From Parcubacteria group bacterium (GTDB lineage: Bacteria; Patescibacteriota; Minisyncoccia; Moranbacterales; UBA2206), in NCBI GenBank assembly GCA_041661275.1, contig JBAZUU010000003.1, positions 92,833 through 156,832 of the forward strand: a DNA stretch of 64,000 nt, given 5' to 3'. Below the pieces are notes generated by a model. That model saw only the letters and a program-made list of their open reading frames with translations. It was not told where the DNA came from and did not search any database. Position 1 is the stretch's first letter; each line of letters opens with the position of its first letter. The translations under genes and the position numbers were made by a program. Positions 9,443 to 18,922 of the stretch are shown piece by piece.

Positions 9443-10012
9443 ATGGACCAACAAAAACTAAAAAGTATCATAGAAAGCATCCTATTCGTCTCCGGTGAGC
9501 CGGTGAGGATCTCGAAGATCGCCAAAATTACCGGCGCGCCGAAACCGGAAGTAGAAAACGCCATAATGATGCTGCAAAATGAATATTCCGGCGGTCGTGG
9601 ACTGGCGATAATAAAAAAGGAAGACGAAGTGCAGATGGCGTCGAGTCCGGAAAACTCAACATTTATAACCGAACTGGTGAAAAGTGAAACGCAGGATAAT
9701 ATCAGTCGGTCGGCGCTGGAAGTTTTGTCGATTGTGGCTTATCGGGGCCCTATGAGTCGAATGGATATCGATGCCATTCGTGGAGTCAATTCTACTTATA
9801 CTCTCCGCTCGCTTCTTATGCGAGGTCTGGTTGAGCGTATTGAAAATCCCAAAAGCCAGAGAAGCTATATTTACAAAATTTCCTTCGATTTCTTGCGGCA
9901 TTTGGGACTGGACGATATTTCCAAGCTTCCCGATTGGGAAAAACTGTCGCATGATTCCAGGATAGAAAGTATCATAGAAAATACTAATGAAATCGCTAAG
10001 GAAATTACGTAG
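9443..10012 (+). CDS. scpB: SMC-Scp complex subunit ScpB
   Basis: IESILFVSGEP, ALEVLSIVAY, IRGVNS, FLRHLGL. Confidence 0.93.
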   Translation: MDQQKLKSIIESILFVSGEPVRISKIAKITGAPKPEVENAIMMLQNEYSGGRGLAIIKKEDEVQMASSPENSTFITELVKSETQDNISRSALEVLSIVAYRGPMSRMDIDAIRGVNSTYTLRSLLMRGLVERIENPKSQRSYIYKISFDFLRHLGLDDISKLPDWEKLSHDSRIESIIENTNEIAKEIT

Positions 10013-10013
10013 T

Positions 10014-10164
10014 ACAACTTTTTCATTTGCCTCTGTCTCGACGCGCTCCGGCGCGAAAGTGTATAAAAGACAAATAACCCCGACACTCTAGTTGCAACTG
10101 AATAAATCAAAATATTTCCTGGCGCCTCCGAAAGCGTCTCGACATCGCCAAATGAAAAAGTTGT
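10014..10164. repeat. About 140-150 nt structured element, family B copy 1
   Basis: 16-bp terminal IR; internal acgc.ct.cggcgcga...gcgcct.cga.agcgtctc shared with 21604-21744. Confidence 0.7.
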
Positions 10165-10179
10165 TGTAAAGCTCATCTA

Positions 10180-11217
10180 ATGATCAATGTAATTTTAACC
10201 ATAATTCTAGTCAATTTTATTCCTGTCTTCCTCTGGGGGAATGTTTTGGGTGACTCGCAGATAAAAACGTCAGTTTCTGTGGCGAAAGGAAAAGAAGTCC
10301 TGGGGGACAAAAATATTGCCGGTGATCTTTCCAGCGGTTCAGGGGAGGATTTAGGAAGATGTAATCTTTTTCCGACTGTTGAGCCATCAGCTACCTATAC
10401 TCCGGCAAGAAAAAAGGGAATTCCCGATCTGAAATTGTGGGCGGGCTCGTCAGTAGCGATCGATGCTGATGCGGGGACGCTTTTGCATTATGACAATGGT
10501 CGCCATCGGACGCAGATCGCGTCACTGACCAAAATGATGACAGCTATTTTAACAGTCGAACGCATAAAGGATCTGGACGAAGAAGTAACGGTGACAGGGG
10601 AAGCTCTTAATGTTCCAGGGACAGTGGTTGGCTGTCCGACATCTGTTTTTTGCAACGGCAACCGGATGTATAAAGGAGAAAAAGTGAAAGCTATTGATCT
10701 TTTGCGGGTGATGCTTCTCAATTCTGCTAATGATGCTGCGACAGCGCTCGGCATCCATATGGCTGGTTCTTCTGATAAATTTGCGGATATGATGAACGAG
10801 AAAGCCAAGGAGATGGGACTGAAAGACACGCATTTTTGCACACCATCCGGCCTTGAGATTGATGGCCAGGAGGATCAATGTTATTCTTCCGCTTATGACA
10901 TCGCGCGTATCGCCGCCTACTCCTTAAATTATAATCTGATTTGGGATATAATGAGGATGCCGGACGGAAAGTTTTATTCCACCGATGGAAAGTATATGCA
11001 TGATATGAAAAACACCGATCTGCTTCTTGGCAGTATTCCCAATTGTCTTGGCGGAAAAACCGGATTCACTCCGATGGCCGGAAAATCTTTACTCCTGGGT
11101 TCAGTTGATCCGGGCGGAAAACATAGGATAATAGCAGTTGTACTCAACGATGAAAACCGCTGGGAAGATATGAGGACGCTTGTAAGCTGGGTATTTGGGA
11201 GTTATGACTGGAAGTAG
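10180..11217 (+). CDS. D-alanyl-D-alanine carboxypeptidase (peptidase S11)
   Basis: SLTK, SAN and KTG catalytic motifs; N-terminal hydrophobic segment. Confidence 0.9.
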   Translation: MINVILTIILVNFIPVFLWGNVLGDSQIKTSVSVAKGKEVLGDKNIAGDLSSGSGEDLGRCNLFPTVEPSATYTPARKKGIPDLKLWAGSSVAIDADAGTLLHYDNGRHRTQIASLTKMMTAILTVERIKDLDEEVTVTGEALNVPGTVVGCPTSVFCNGNRMYKGEKVKAIDLLRVMLLNSANDAATALGIHMAGSSDKFADMMNEKAKEMGLKDTHFCTPSGLEIDGQEDQCYSSAYDIARIAAYSLNYNLIWDIMRMPDGKFYSTDGKYMHDMKNTDLLLGSIPNCLGGKTGFTPMAGKSLLLGSVDPGGKHRIIAVVLNDENRWEDMRTLVSWVFGSYDWK

Positions 11218-11220
11218 TCT

Positions 11221-11301
11221 CTACGAATTACGAATTTTTTACGAATATACTAATTACGAATAAAAAAAATTAGTATATTAGTATTTGATTAGTAATTAGT
11301 A
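11221..11301. repeat. TACGAAT/ATTAGTA heptamer palindrome
   Basis: Left end matches 4422; right arm is nearly identical to 40691-40730. Confidence 0.75.
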
Positions 11302-11309
11302 AAGAAATC

Positions 11310-12416
11310 ATGGAGATATCGCAAATACAAACAATTCCAATGGTGGTCAATGTTATGAAGGTGCTTGTTACCGGGTTTTTAGCTTTTGCTTTGGCGTTTA
11401 TTCTGACACCTCTTTGGACGCATATTCTTTATAAATACAAGATCGGGATAAGAATAAAAGATACATCAGTTGATGGAAAAAAATTAACATTCATAAACGA
11501 ACTTCATAAACACAAGAGCGGAACGCCAGTTATGGGCGGAGTGCTTATTTGGTTTACAGTTCTGGTGCTGGTTTATTCTTCTCATTATATTTTCCCGGCT
11601 ATAGCTTCATGGACGAACACTAATTTTATTGCCCGCCTCGATTTTTTTAGCCGTTCTCAAGTCTGGCTACCACTTGTTGCATTGATTGCGGCCGGAATTC
11701 TGGGACTTTGTGATGATTTTGCCAGTGTGAAAGGTTTTGGAAAAAATAAAGGTGGCGGAATTCGATTTATTTCGCGTTTTGGCTGGCTGATCCTTATTTC
11801 CGCCATAGGCGCATGGTGGTTTTTCTGGAAACTGGGTTGGGACGTCATTCATGTTCCGGCAGTTGGCGATTTTAATATTAATTTCTGGTACATTCCGTTA
11901 TTTATGTTTGTCATTTTGTTTTGCGCTATTTCTTCCAATCTGACTGACGGTCTCGATGGTCTCGACGGAGGAGTCCTGCTTATTGCCTTTGCTTCATTTT
12001 CCCTGATTGCTTTTTCCCAGAATAAGATTGATTTGGCGGCATTTTGCGCCGCCATTTCCGGCGCGCTTCTGGCTTTCCTTTGGTTTAACATCTATCCGGC
12101 CAGATTTTTTATGGGTGATACCGGAGCGGCATCACTTGGAACAGCACTTGGGGTTGTGGCGATGCTTACTAATTCAACATTGGTACTATTCCTTATTGTT
12201 TTCATTTATGTTATAGAATCCGGTTCGGTGGCTATCCAACTTTTTTCTAAAAGATTTTTTGGACGAAAAGTATTTCTGGCAGCGCCCATCCACCACCATT
12301 TTGAAGCCAAGGGCTGGCCGGAAACAAAGGTAACAATGAGAATCTGGATATTTACCGCAGTGACAGCGACGATGGGAGTTATCATTGGAATATTGGGAGC
12401 AGGGAAGTTCCACTAA
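11310..12416 (+). CDS. mraY: Phospho-N-acetylmuramoyl-pentapeptide transferase
   Basis: KSGTPVMGG, DD, NLTDGLDG, FMGDTG, APIHHHFE. Confidence 0.93.
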   Translation: MEISQIQTIPMVVNVMKVLVTGFLAFALAFILTPLWTHILYKYKIGIRIKDTSVDGKKLTFINELHKHKSGTPVMGGVLIWFTVLVLVYSSHYIFPAIASWTNTNFIARLDFFSRSQVWLPLVALIAAGILGLCDDFASVKGFGKNKGGGIRFISRFGWLILISAIGAWWFFWKLGWDVIHVPAVGDFNINFWYIPLFMFVILFCAISSNLTDGLDGLDGGVLLIAFASFSLIAFSQNKIDLAAFCAAISGALLAFLWFNIYPARFFMGDTGAASLGTALGVVAMLTNSTLVLFLIVFIYVIESGSVAIQLFSKRFFGRKVFLAAPIHHHFEAKGWPETKVTMRIWIFTAVTATMGVIIGILGAGKFH

Positions 12417-12557
12417 AGTTAAAAGTTAAAAGTTAAAAATTAAAAGTTTTAGTGTCGCTTCGCGACAAACTATTCATATAAAATAAATAAACGCGAGCGA
12501 AGCGAGCACGTCAACTTTTAACTTTTCATTTTTAATTTTTAATTTGAGCGAAGCGAA
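12414..12557. repeat. AAAAGTT heptamer palindrome with internal small hairpin
   Basis: (aaaagtt)n ... (aactttt)n; tgtcgcttcgcgaca; gagcgaagcga twice. Confidence 0.7.
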
Positions 12558-12558
12558 T

Positions 12559-13611
12559 ATGGATATAAAAAAAATACAAGCGGCGGATGTGGAAGGAAAA
12601 AAAGTTCTTTTGCGGGTGGATTTTAATTCGGCCGTTTCCGAAGACACGGTGAAGGAGAAATTCAAGATACAAGCGGCCGATGAAACCGTGCGATATCTTT
12701 TGGCATTGAATGCCAAGGTAGCGCTCATTACTCATCTCGGAAGACCCGAAGGAAAGCCTGATCAAAAATTTTCTCTCAATCCTATAAAAGACGATGTGGA
12801 GTATATCTTGAGCCACAAAGTAAAATTCGTACCCGATTGCGTTGGCGAAAAAGTGATGGAAACAATGAATGGTTTGCAGGAGGGAGAAATCGCGTTTCTG
12901 GAAAATGTCCGGTTTTATCCGGGCGATGAAAGTAACGACGAAGAATTTGCCAAAAAACTGGCAAGCGGATTTGATGTTTTCGTGAATGACGCTTTTTCAG
13001 TCTGCCATCGAAACCAGGCTTCGGTTACAGGAGTGGCTAAAATTTTGCCGAGTTACGCCGGCTTCTGGTTGCAAAAAGAAATCGAAGAAATGGAAAAAAT
13101 AAAAAGTAATCCGGAGAAACCGGCAGTAGCTGTCATTGGTGGCGCCAAAATTGAAACTAAGCTACCGATGATAAAATTTTTTGAAGGTATTTATGACAAT
13201 GTTCTTGTTGGCGGGAAAGTGGCCAATGAAGCTCTGGAGCAGAAAATACAGTTTAGCGAAAAAGTGCTGTTGCCGAATGATTTTATCGATGATCGGATGG
13301 ATATCGGAACGGAAACACTGGTGAAATTCAAAGAAATCATCGAAAAAGCCAAAACAATCGTCTGGAATGGACCGACTGGAAAATTTGAAGAAGAAAAATA
13401 CGCGACAAGTACGAACGAAATTTTGAAATCCGTCCTGGCCTCTTCCGCCTATGTTCTCATTGGTGGTGGAGAAACCCTGGAAGTTCTGGAAAAAAACAAC
13501 GCAATGGGCGAGATTCAAAAAAGAGGTTTTGTTTCTACTGGTGGCGGAGCAATGCTTGATTATCTTGGTGGGCAGCCGATGCCGGGAATAGATGCGCTTC
13601 GCTCAAATTAA
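12559..13611 (+). CDS. pgk: Phosphoglycerate kinase
   Basis: RVDFN, HLGRP, LENVRF, VNDAFSVCHR, GGAK, WNGP, VSTGGGA. Confidence 0.95.
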   Translation: MDIKKIQAADVEGKKVLLRVDFNSAVSEDTVKEKFKIQAADETVRYLLALNAKVALITHLGRPEGKPDQKFSLNPIKDDVEYILSHKVKFVPDCVGEKVMETMNGLQEGEIAFLENVRFYPGDESNDEEFAKKLASGFDVFVNDAFSVCHRNQASVTGVAKILPSYAGFWLQKEIEEMEKIKSNPEKPAVAVIGGAKIETKLPMIKFFEGIYDNVLVGGKVANEALEQKIQFSEKVLLPNDFIDDRMDIGTETLVKFKEIIEKAKTIVWNGPTGKFEEEKYATSTNEILKSVLASSAYVLIGGGETLEVLEKNNAMGEIQKRGFVSTGGGAMLDYLGGQPMPGIDALRSN

Positions 13612-13682
13612 AAAATCAAAAATCAAATCTCAAAATCGCAATTTAAAATTCAAAATTATTTAATAATTTTACATTTTATTTT

Positions 13683-14948
13683 ATGTCAAAGATTAAAAAA
13701 ATATTTGCGCGGGAAATTTTAGATTCAAGGGGGAACCCGACAGTGGAAGTGGAAGTTGAATTGGAATCAGGAATAAAGGCTATGGCGGCGGTGCCAAGTG
13801 GTGCGTCAACCGGAACATATGAAGCATTGGAACTACGTGATGAGGATGATAGTCGGTACGAAGGTTTGGGAGTTCTCAATGCGTGTGAAAATGTAAATAC
13901 GAAAATTTCCGAAGCTATTATCGGAATGGAGGCAGGAGATCAACAGGCGATAGATAAAAAAATGATCAAACTGGATGGTACGGAAAATAAGTCTGGTCTT
14001 GGTGCTAACGCCATTCTTGGCGTTTCGCTGGCGGTATGTCGCGCGGCGGCTACGGAAAAAAATATTCCACTATACCAATATATCGCCGAGACTTTTAAAT
14101 TTCCAAAGAAATATAAACTGCCTATACCAATGTTTAATGTCATAAACGGCGGACAGCATAGCGATTCAGGACTTTCTATTCAGGAGTATAAAATTGTGCC
14201 AAATGGCATAAAAACATTCAAAGAACAATATCGGGCAGGAAGCGAGATTTTTCACAAACTGAAAAGCCTTTTGGCGAAGGAGGGATATAGTGTTTCAGTC
14301 GGTGACGAAGGTGGTTTTGCGCCGAAACTGGAAAACAACAACCAGCCGTTGGAAATGATGAATAAGGCGATAGAAGAAGCGGGATATAAAAAAGGGGAAG
14401 AGGTAAATTGCGGAGTGGACGCGGCGGCTTCGTCTTTCTATAAGGAAGGAGAAAATCAATATCTATTCAAGCCGGAAAATCGGGCGCTATCGCGCGAAAT
14501 GCTGATCAATATTTATAACGAATGGATTGGAAAATTTAATGTTATTTCCATCGAGGACGGTCTCAACGAGAACGATTGGGATGGCTGGGCGATAATGAAT
14601 GCTAAATTAGGAGACAAAACTATTCAAATTGGTGATGATCTTTTGGTCACTAATGTGAAACGTCTAAAAACGGCCATCGAGAAAAAGGCGTGTAATGCCG
14701 TGCTTATCAAAGTCAATCAGATCGGCAGTCTCACGGAAACTATTGATTGCATAAAATTAGCCAAAAAGAACAAGATGAAAACAGTCATTTCTCACCGTTC
14801 GGGAGAAACGACTGATGATTTTATTTCTGACCTGGCAGTTGCTACCAGTGCTGATTATATGAAATCCGGATCATTGTCGCGAGGGGAGAGAATTTGTAAA
14901 TATAATAGGTTGCTAAGAATTGAAGAAAAAATCAGAACCACTGATTAA
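13683..14948 (+). CDS. eno: Enolase
   Basis: AREILDSRGNPTVE, VPSGASTG, VGDEGGFAP, SHRSGET. Confidence 0.97.
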   Translation: MSKIKKIFAREILDSRGNPTVEVEVELESGIKAMAAVPSGASTGTYEALELRDEDDSRYEGLGVLNACENVNTKISEAIIGMEAGDQQAIDKKMIKLDGTENKSGLGANAILGVSLAVCRAAATEKNIPLYQYIAETFKFPKKYKLPIPMFNVINGGQHSDSGLSIQEYKIVPNGIKTFKEQYRAGSEIFHKLKSLLAKEGYSVSVGDEGGFAPKLENNNQPLEMMNKAIEEAGYKKGEEVNCGVDAAASSFYKEGENQYLFKPENRALSREMLINIYNEWIGKFNVISIEDGLNENDWDGWAIMNAKLGDKTIQIGDDLLVTNVKRLKTAIEKKACNAVLIKVNQIGSLTETIDCIKLAKKNKMKTVISHRSGETTDDFISDLAVATSADYMKSGSLSRGERICKYNRLLRIEEKIRTTD

Positions 14949-15027
14949 CACTGATTATCTTGATCACACGTGAATTAATTTCTACTCGGTGAAATCATGT
15001 GTGCTCATGTGATAATCTGTGGTTCAG
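14935..15027. repeat. GAACCAC...GTGGTTC palindrome with ACTGATT units
   Basis: Same ends at about 34974-35062; left arm only at about 26126-26167. Confidence 0.75.
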
Positions 15028-15032
15028 ACAAT

Positions 15033-16580
15033 ATGAAATCACCAACTTTATTAATCATTCTCGACGGTTACGGCATTGCCGCGCCGTCAAAATATAATGC
15101 AATAACATTAGCCAAAAAACCGACGCTTGACCGGCTTTTTGAGCTTTATCCAAATACACTCTTAGGCGCGACAGGACAAGATGTCGGACTTTTGGACAAC
15201 AAAATGAGTGGATCGGAAGCCGGGCATATGAATATCGGCGCCGGGAGAATTGTTCCGCAGGATTCCTATTATGTTTCTAAAAGCATAAAAGATGGTAGCT
15301 TCTTTATGAACCCGGCGCTGGTCGGTGCGGTTCATCACGCCAAAAATAATCACGGAAAATTTCATGTTATGGGGCTGATGAGTGATACAGACAGTCCGCA
15401 TAGCGATCCGGAACATTTCAGAGCCATCTTAAAGTTGGCCAAGGAAAATGGGATAGAAGAAGTATATTGCCATCTTTTTTCTGATGGCCGAGATTCCTAT
15501 CCCAAATCAGCGCTCACCCATCTTCAAAATTTTCGTAAAATAATGTCTGAAGAAGGAATAGGAAAGATTGCCAGTATTTCCGGAAGATTTTACGCTATGG
15601 ACAGAGCCAAGAATTGGGATCGGTTAGCGATGGCGTATGAAGCGATAGTATTTGGAAGGGGAAGAATAGCCCAATCAGCCGAAGAAGCGATCAATAACGC
15701 ATATAAAAAGGGGCGGACCGATGAATATATAAAGCCGACAGTGATTATGGAAAACGGCAAACCAGTGGCTAAAATAGAAAAAAATGACAGTATCGTATTT
15801 TTCAATCTGCGTTCTGACCGGGCGCGTCAATTTTCCAAACTTTTCGTGGCTAACAACAAAAGTTCGATCATTACTGATGATATGCCGATCCTGGACAAGA
15901 TAAGAGATTTGTATTTTGTAGCCTTGACTAATTTTGGACCAGATCTGGATGTGCATACGGTTTGGTCTGACCAGACCCTCGCTGGAACATTGCCGATGGT
16001 TCTTGCGGATTTCCGCCAGTTCTATATTGCCGAGTCAGAAAAATACGCCCATATCACTTACTTTTTTAACGGTGGCTATGCCGATCCGGTGAATGGCGAA
16101 GAAAGACTTATGATACCAAGCCCTAAAATTGATTCTTATGCCAAGATTCCTCAAATGGCCGCGCATCATATAAAAGATCACGTACTCGATTCGTTGGAAA
16201 ATGATTTGTATGATTTTTATGCGATAAATTTTGCCAACGCTGACATGGTCGGACACACCGGTGATCTCGCGGCGACTGTGAAGGCTGTTGAATTTATTGA
16301 CGAGCAGATAAAAGAGATGGCTGAAGAAGTTATAAAAAGGAATGGCAATCTGATCATCACTGCCGACCACGGAAATGCCGAGTGTATGTTTGATGCGGCT
16401 GCTAACCAGCCGAACACATTTCACACTAAAAATCCGGTGCCGTTTCTTTTGGCTTCTGATAAATTTAAGGGCAAAAAATTATCTTCCGACGGAGTCCTGG
16501 GCAATATCGCGCCGACAATATTGGAAATTATGGAAACGGAGAAGCCAAAAGCGATGGATAAAAATTCTCTTCTGAAATAA
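15033..16580 (+). CDS. gpmI: 2,3-bisphosphoglycerate-independent phosphoglycerate mutase
   Basis: ILDGYG, SEAGH, DGRD, GRFYAMDR, NADMVGHTG, TADHGNAE. Confidence 0.95.
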   Translation: MKSPTLLIILDGYGIAAPSKYNAITLAKKPTLDRLFELYPNTLLGATGQDVGLLDNKMSGSEAGHMNIGAGRIVPQDSYYVSKSIKDGSFFMNPALVGAVHHAKNNHGKFHVMGLMSDTDSPHSDPEHFRAILKLAKENGIEEVYCHLFSDGRDSYPKSALTHLQNFRKIMSEEGIGKIASISGRFYAMDRAKNWDRLAMAYEAIVFGRGRIAQSAEEAINNAYKKGRTDEYIKPTVIMENGKPVAKIEKNDSIVFFNLRSDRARQFSKLFVANNKSSIITDDMPILDKIRDLYFVALTNFGPDLDVHTVWSDQTLAGTLPMVLADFRQFYIAESEKYAHITYFFNGGYADPVNGEERLMIPSPKIDSYAKIPQMAAHHIKDHVLDSLENDLYDFYAINFANADMVGHTGDLAATVKAVEFIDEQIKEMAEEVIKRNGNLIITADHGNAECMFDAAANQPNTFHTKNPVPFLLASDKFKGKKLSSDGVLGNIAPTILEIMETEKPKAMDKNSLLK

Positions 16581-17573
16581 ATGAGCTCTGGAAAAAAAAT
16601 TACGATTCTCGCGCTGCTGATTGTCATAGTGATAATTAGCAGTGTTTTTTTATGGCTGGAATTATATAAAAATAATATTGAGAGTTTCGCCAGCGTGAAA
16701 CAGTCTGAAATTAGCAAAATAGAGAAAAAGCCGGAAATAAAATCAGAAAAAAAGACCATTTCTATCCTGTTTCTTGGCGATTTAATGGCCGACAGATATA
16801 TCCGCCAAACCATTGATAAGAAAGGAGTAGACTATATTTTCAGCGGAACGCGCGATTTGCTAAAAAGCGAAGATTTGGTGGTGGCTAATTTGGAAGGTCC
16901 GATCACGAATAATAATTCCATAAGCGTAAATACAATTCCAGGAGAAAGAAGCCACCTGATCTTTACTTTTGATCCGTCCCTAGCGCCAATTTTGGCGCAA
17001 GAAAATATAAAAGTAGTGAATATTGGCAATAATCACATCGCCAATTTTGGCGCTGACGGAAAAACTCAAACGAAGGAAAGTTTGGAAAAAAATAATATAG
17101 AATATTTTGGTGATACAGGGGAAAATGAATTTTTGATAAAGGAAATTGGGGGGATAAAAATTGGCTTTGTAAATTATAATCAGTTTTTTTCAGGCTCATT
17201 GGATCGGACACTGGAAAATATAAAAAATGTCAGGTTGCAGGCCGATATAGTTGTTGTTTATACTCATTGGGGGACGGAATATAAAACAGAACTGACAGAA
17301 AACATAAAAAATTTGGGGCGTAAGTTCATCGATGATGGAGCGGATTTGGTCATTGGCACGCATCCGCACGTAGTGGAGCCGATGGAAGAATATAAAGGCA
17401 AGCGAATATATTATTCTCTCGGTAATTATATTTTTGATCAGTATTTCAGCCAAGAAACAAAAAAGGGGCTGGCGGTGGAAGTGGGAATTGACGCGCAAAC
17501 TAAAAAAATGAAATTTAATGATATAAATTTAAAATTAGAAACCAATGGTCAAACAAGTATAAATACTCTATAA
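16581..17573 (+). CDS. CapA family (PGA_cap) metallophosphatase-like protein
   Basis: GDLM, NLEGP, GNNH, HWGTEY, GTHPH, YSLGNYIFDQ; N-terminal TM anchor. Confidence 0.9.
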   Translation: MSSGKKITILALLIVIVIISSVFLWLELYKNNIESFASVKQSEISKIEKKPEIKSEKKTISILFLGDLMADRYIRQTIDKKGVDYIFSGTRDLLKSEDLVVANLEGPITNNNSISVNTIPGERSHLIFTFDPSLAPILAQENIKVVNIGNNHIANFGADGKTQTKESLEKNNIEYFGDTGENEFLIKEIGGIKIGFVNYNQFFSGSLDRTLENIKNVRLQADIVVVYTHWGTEYKTELTENIKNLGRKFIDDGADLVIGTHPHVVEPMEEYKGKRIYYSLGNYIFDQYFSQETKKGLAVEVGIDAQTKKMKFNDINLKLETNGQTSINTL

Positions 17574-17604
17574 TTTAGATATAACAAGAATATAAGTTAA
17601 GTTT

Positions 17605-18609
17605 ATGGCAAAAATTATTTGTATCGGTTCGGCGTGTAAAGATACTTTTTTTCCAACTACAGAGGGAAAGATCATAGAAACGCCAGATGATCTGACGAGC
17701 AAAAAACAAATCTCTTTTGAACTCGGTGCGAAGTATAAAATTGAAGAGCGTTTCGAGGCTCTTGGCGGAGTGGCGGCCAATGTCGCGTCGGGTCTTGCCA
17801 AACTTGGAACAGAAGTAGCTTGTTATTCTAATATTGGTGACGATTATATTTCTGCCTGGGTCAAGGAGCAATTAGAGAAAAATGGAGTGGACACTTCACT
17901 TATAACAACGAGCGCTAATACTCCTGGTGATTTTTCAGCTATTATTGTGGACAAAAATAGCGGCGAGCGGGTTATTTTTACCAATCAGCCGGCCAACAAG
18001 CAATTGAAAATAGACGATTCCGAGTTAAAAAACGCCGAATGGTTTATTTTGGGCGATTTGCATGGTGACTGGGAAGGTGATTTGGATAAAATTATCACTA
18101 TCGCCAAAGAAAATAATATTAAAATTGCCAATAATCCGAGACAAGTGAACATTCACGACAACCCGAAAAAAGTTTTGGAAATTATTACTAAATGCGATGT
18201 CGTTTTTCTCAATAAAGATGAAACGATAGAAATTTTGAATGCCACAGGCGAAAAATATTCTGCGGAAGAATTGGAAAGTGAAACGTTTCTAGTTAAAAAA
18301 ATACTAGAGATGGGGCCAGACGTTGTGGCGGTGACTGATGGCGAGCGCGGCGCCTGGGCGGGGACACAAGAAAAAATATATCATACGGAAATTTTAAAAG
18401 TGAACGCCATAGAAACAACCGGCGCCGGCGACGCCTTTTCTTCCGGTTTTATGGCGGCGTATTTGAAAAATAAGCCCGTGGAGGAATGCCTCAAATGGGG
18501 AATCGCTAATAGCTGTAAGTCAGTGGAGCGTTACGGAGCGATTGAGGGATTGTTGAGTGAAGAAAAAATAGGGGAAATTTCAGGTGATATGAAAATCGAA
18601 GAAGTTTAG
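17605..18609 (+). CDS. PfkB family carbohydrate kinase
   Basis: GGVAANVA..LAKLG and ETTGAGDAF. Confidence 0.9.
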   Translation: MAKIICIGSACKDTFFPTTEGKIIETPDDLTSKKQISFELGAKYKIEERFEALGGVAANVASGLAKLGTEVACYSNIGDDYISAWVKEQLEKNGVDTSLITTSANTPGDFSAIIVDKNSGERVIFTNQPANKQLKIDDSELKNAEWFILGDLHGDWEGDLDKIITIAKENNIKIANNPRQVNIHDNPKKVLEIITKCDVVFLNKDETIEILNATGEKYSAEELESETFLVKKILEMGPDVVAVTDGERGAWAGTQEKIYHTEILKVNAIETTGAGDAFSSGFMAAYLKNKPVEECLKWGIANSCKSVERYGAIEGLLSEEKIGEISGDMKIEEV

Positions 18610-18922
18610 TTAAAAATAATGGAAAAAGATTTCCAAAAGTGGCACAATAAGAAGAAGGATATTCACGAAAATAAAAAGATTCCATTAAAAAACAAAACCC
18701 TCCTTGTGGAGGGAATCTCGGAGGCCGAAGCCCATTTGTAACTTAATACTACTACAGATGGCGTTTTATGTCAATAGTCTGAATTTATTACTTATTTGAG
18801 CCAAAAAAGCTCATGGTAAAATTCTTTCATGAAGAAATAGAAAAAGGTAATATGGAGTGGCCTAAAAAAATGCTGCAATTATTAGATTCTGATTAATAAC
18901 ATCAAAATAGAAACAAATTATT

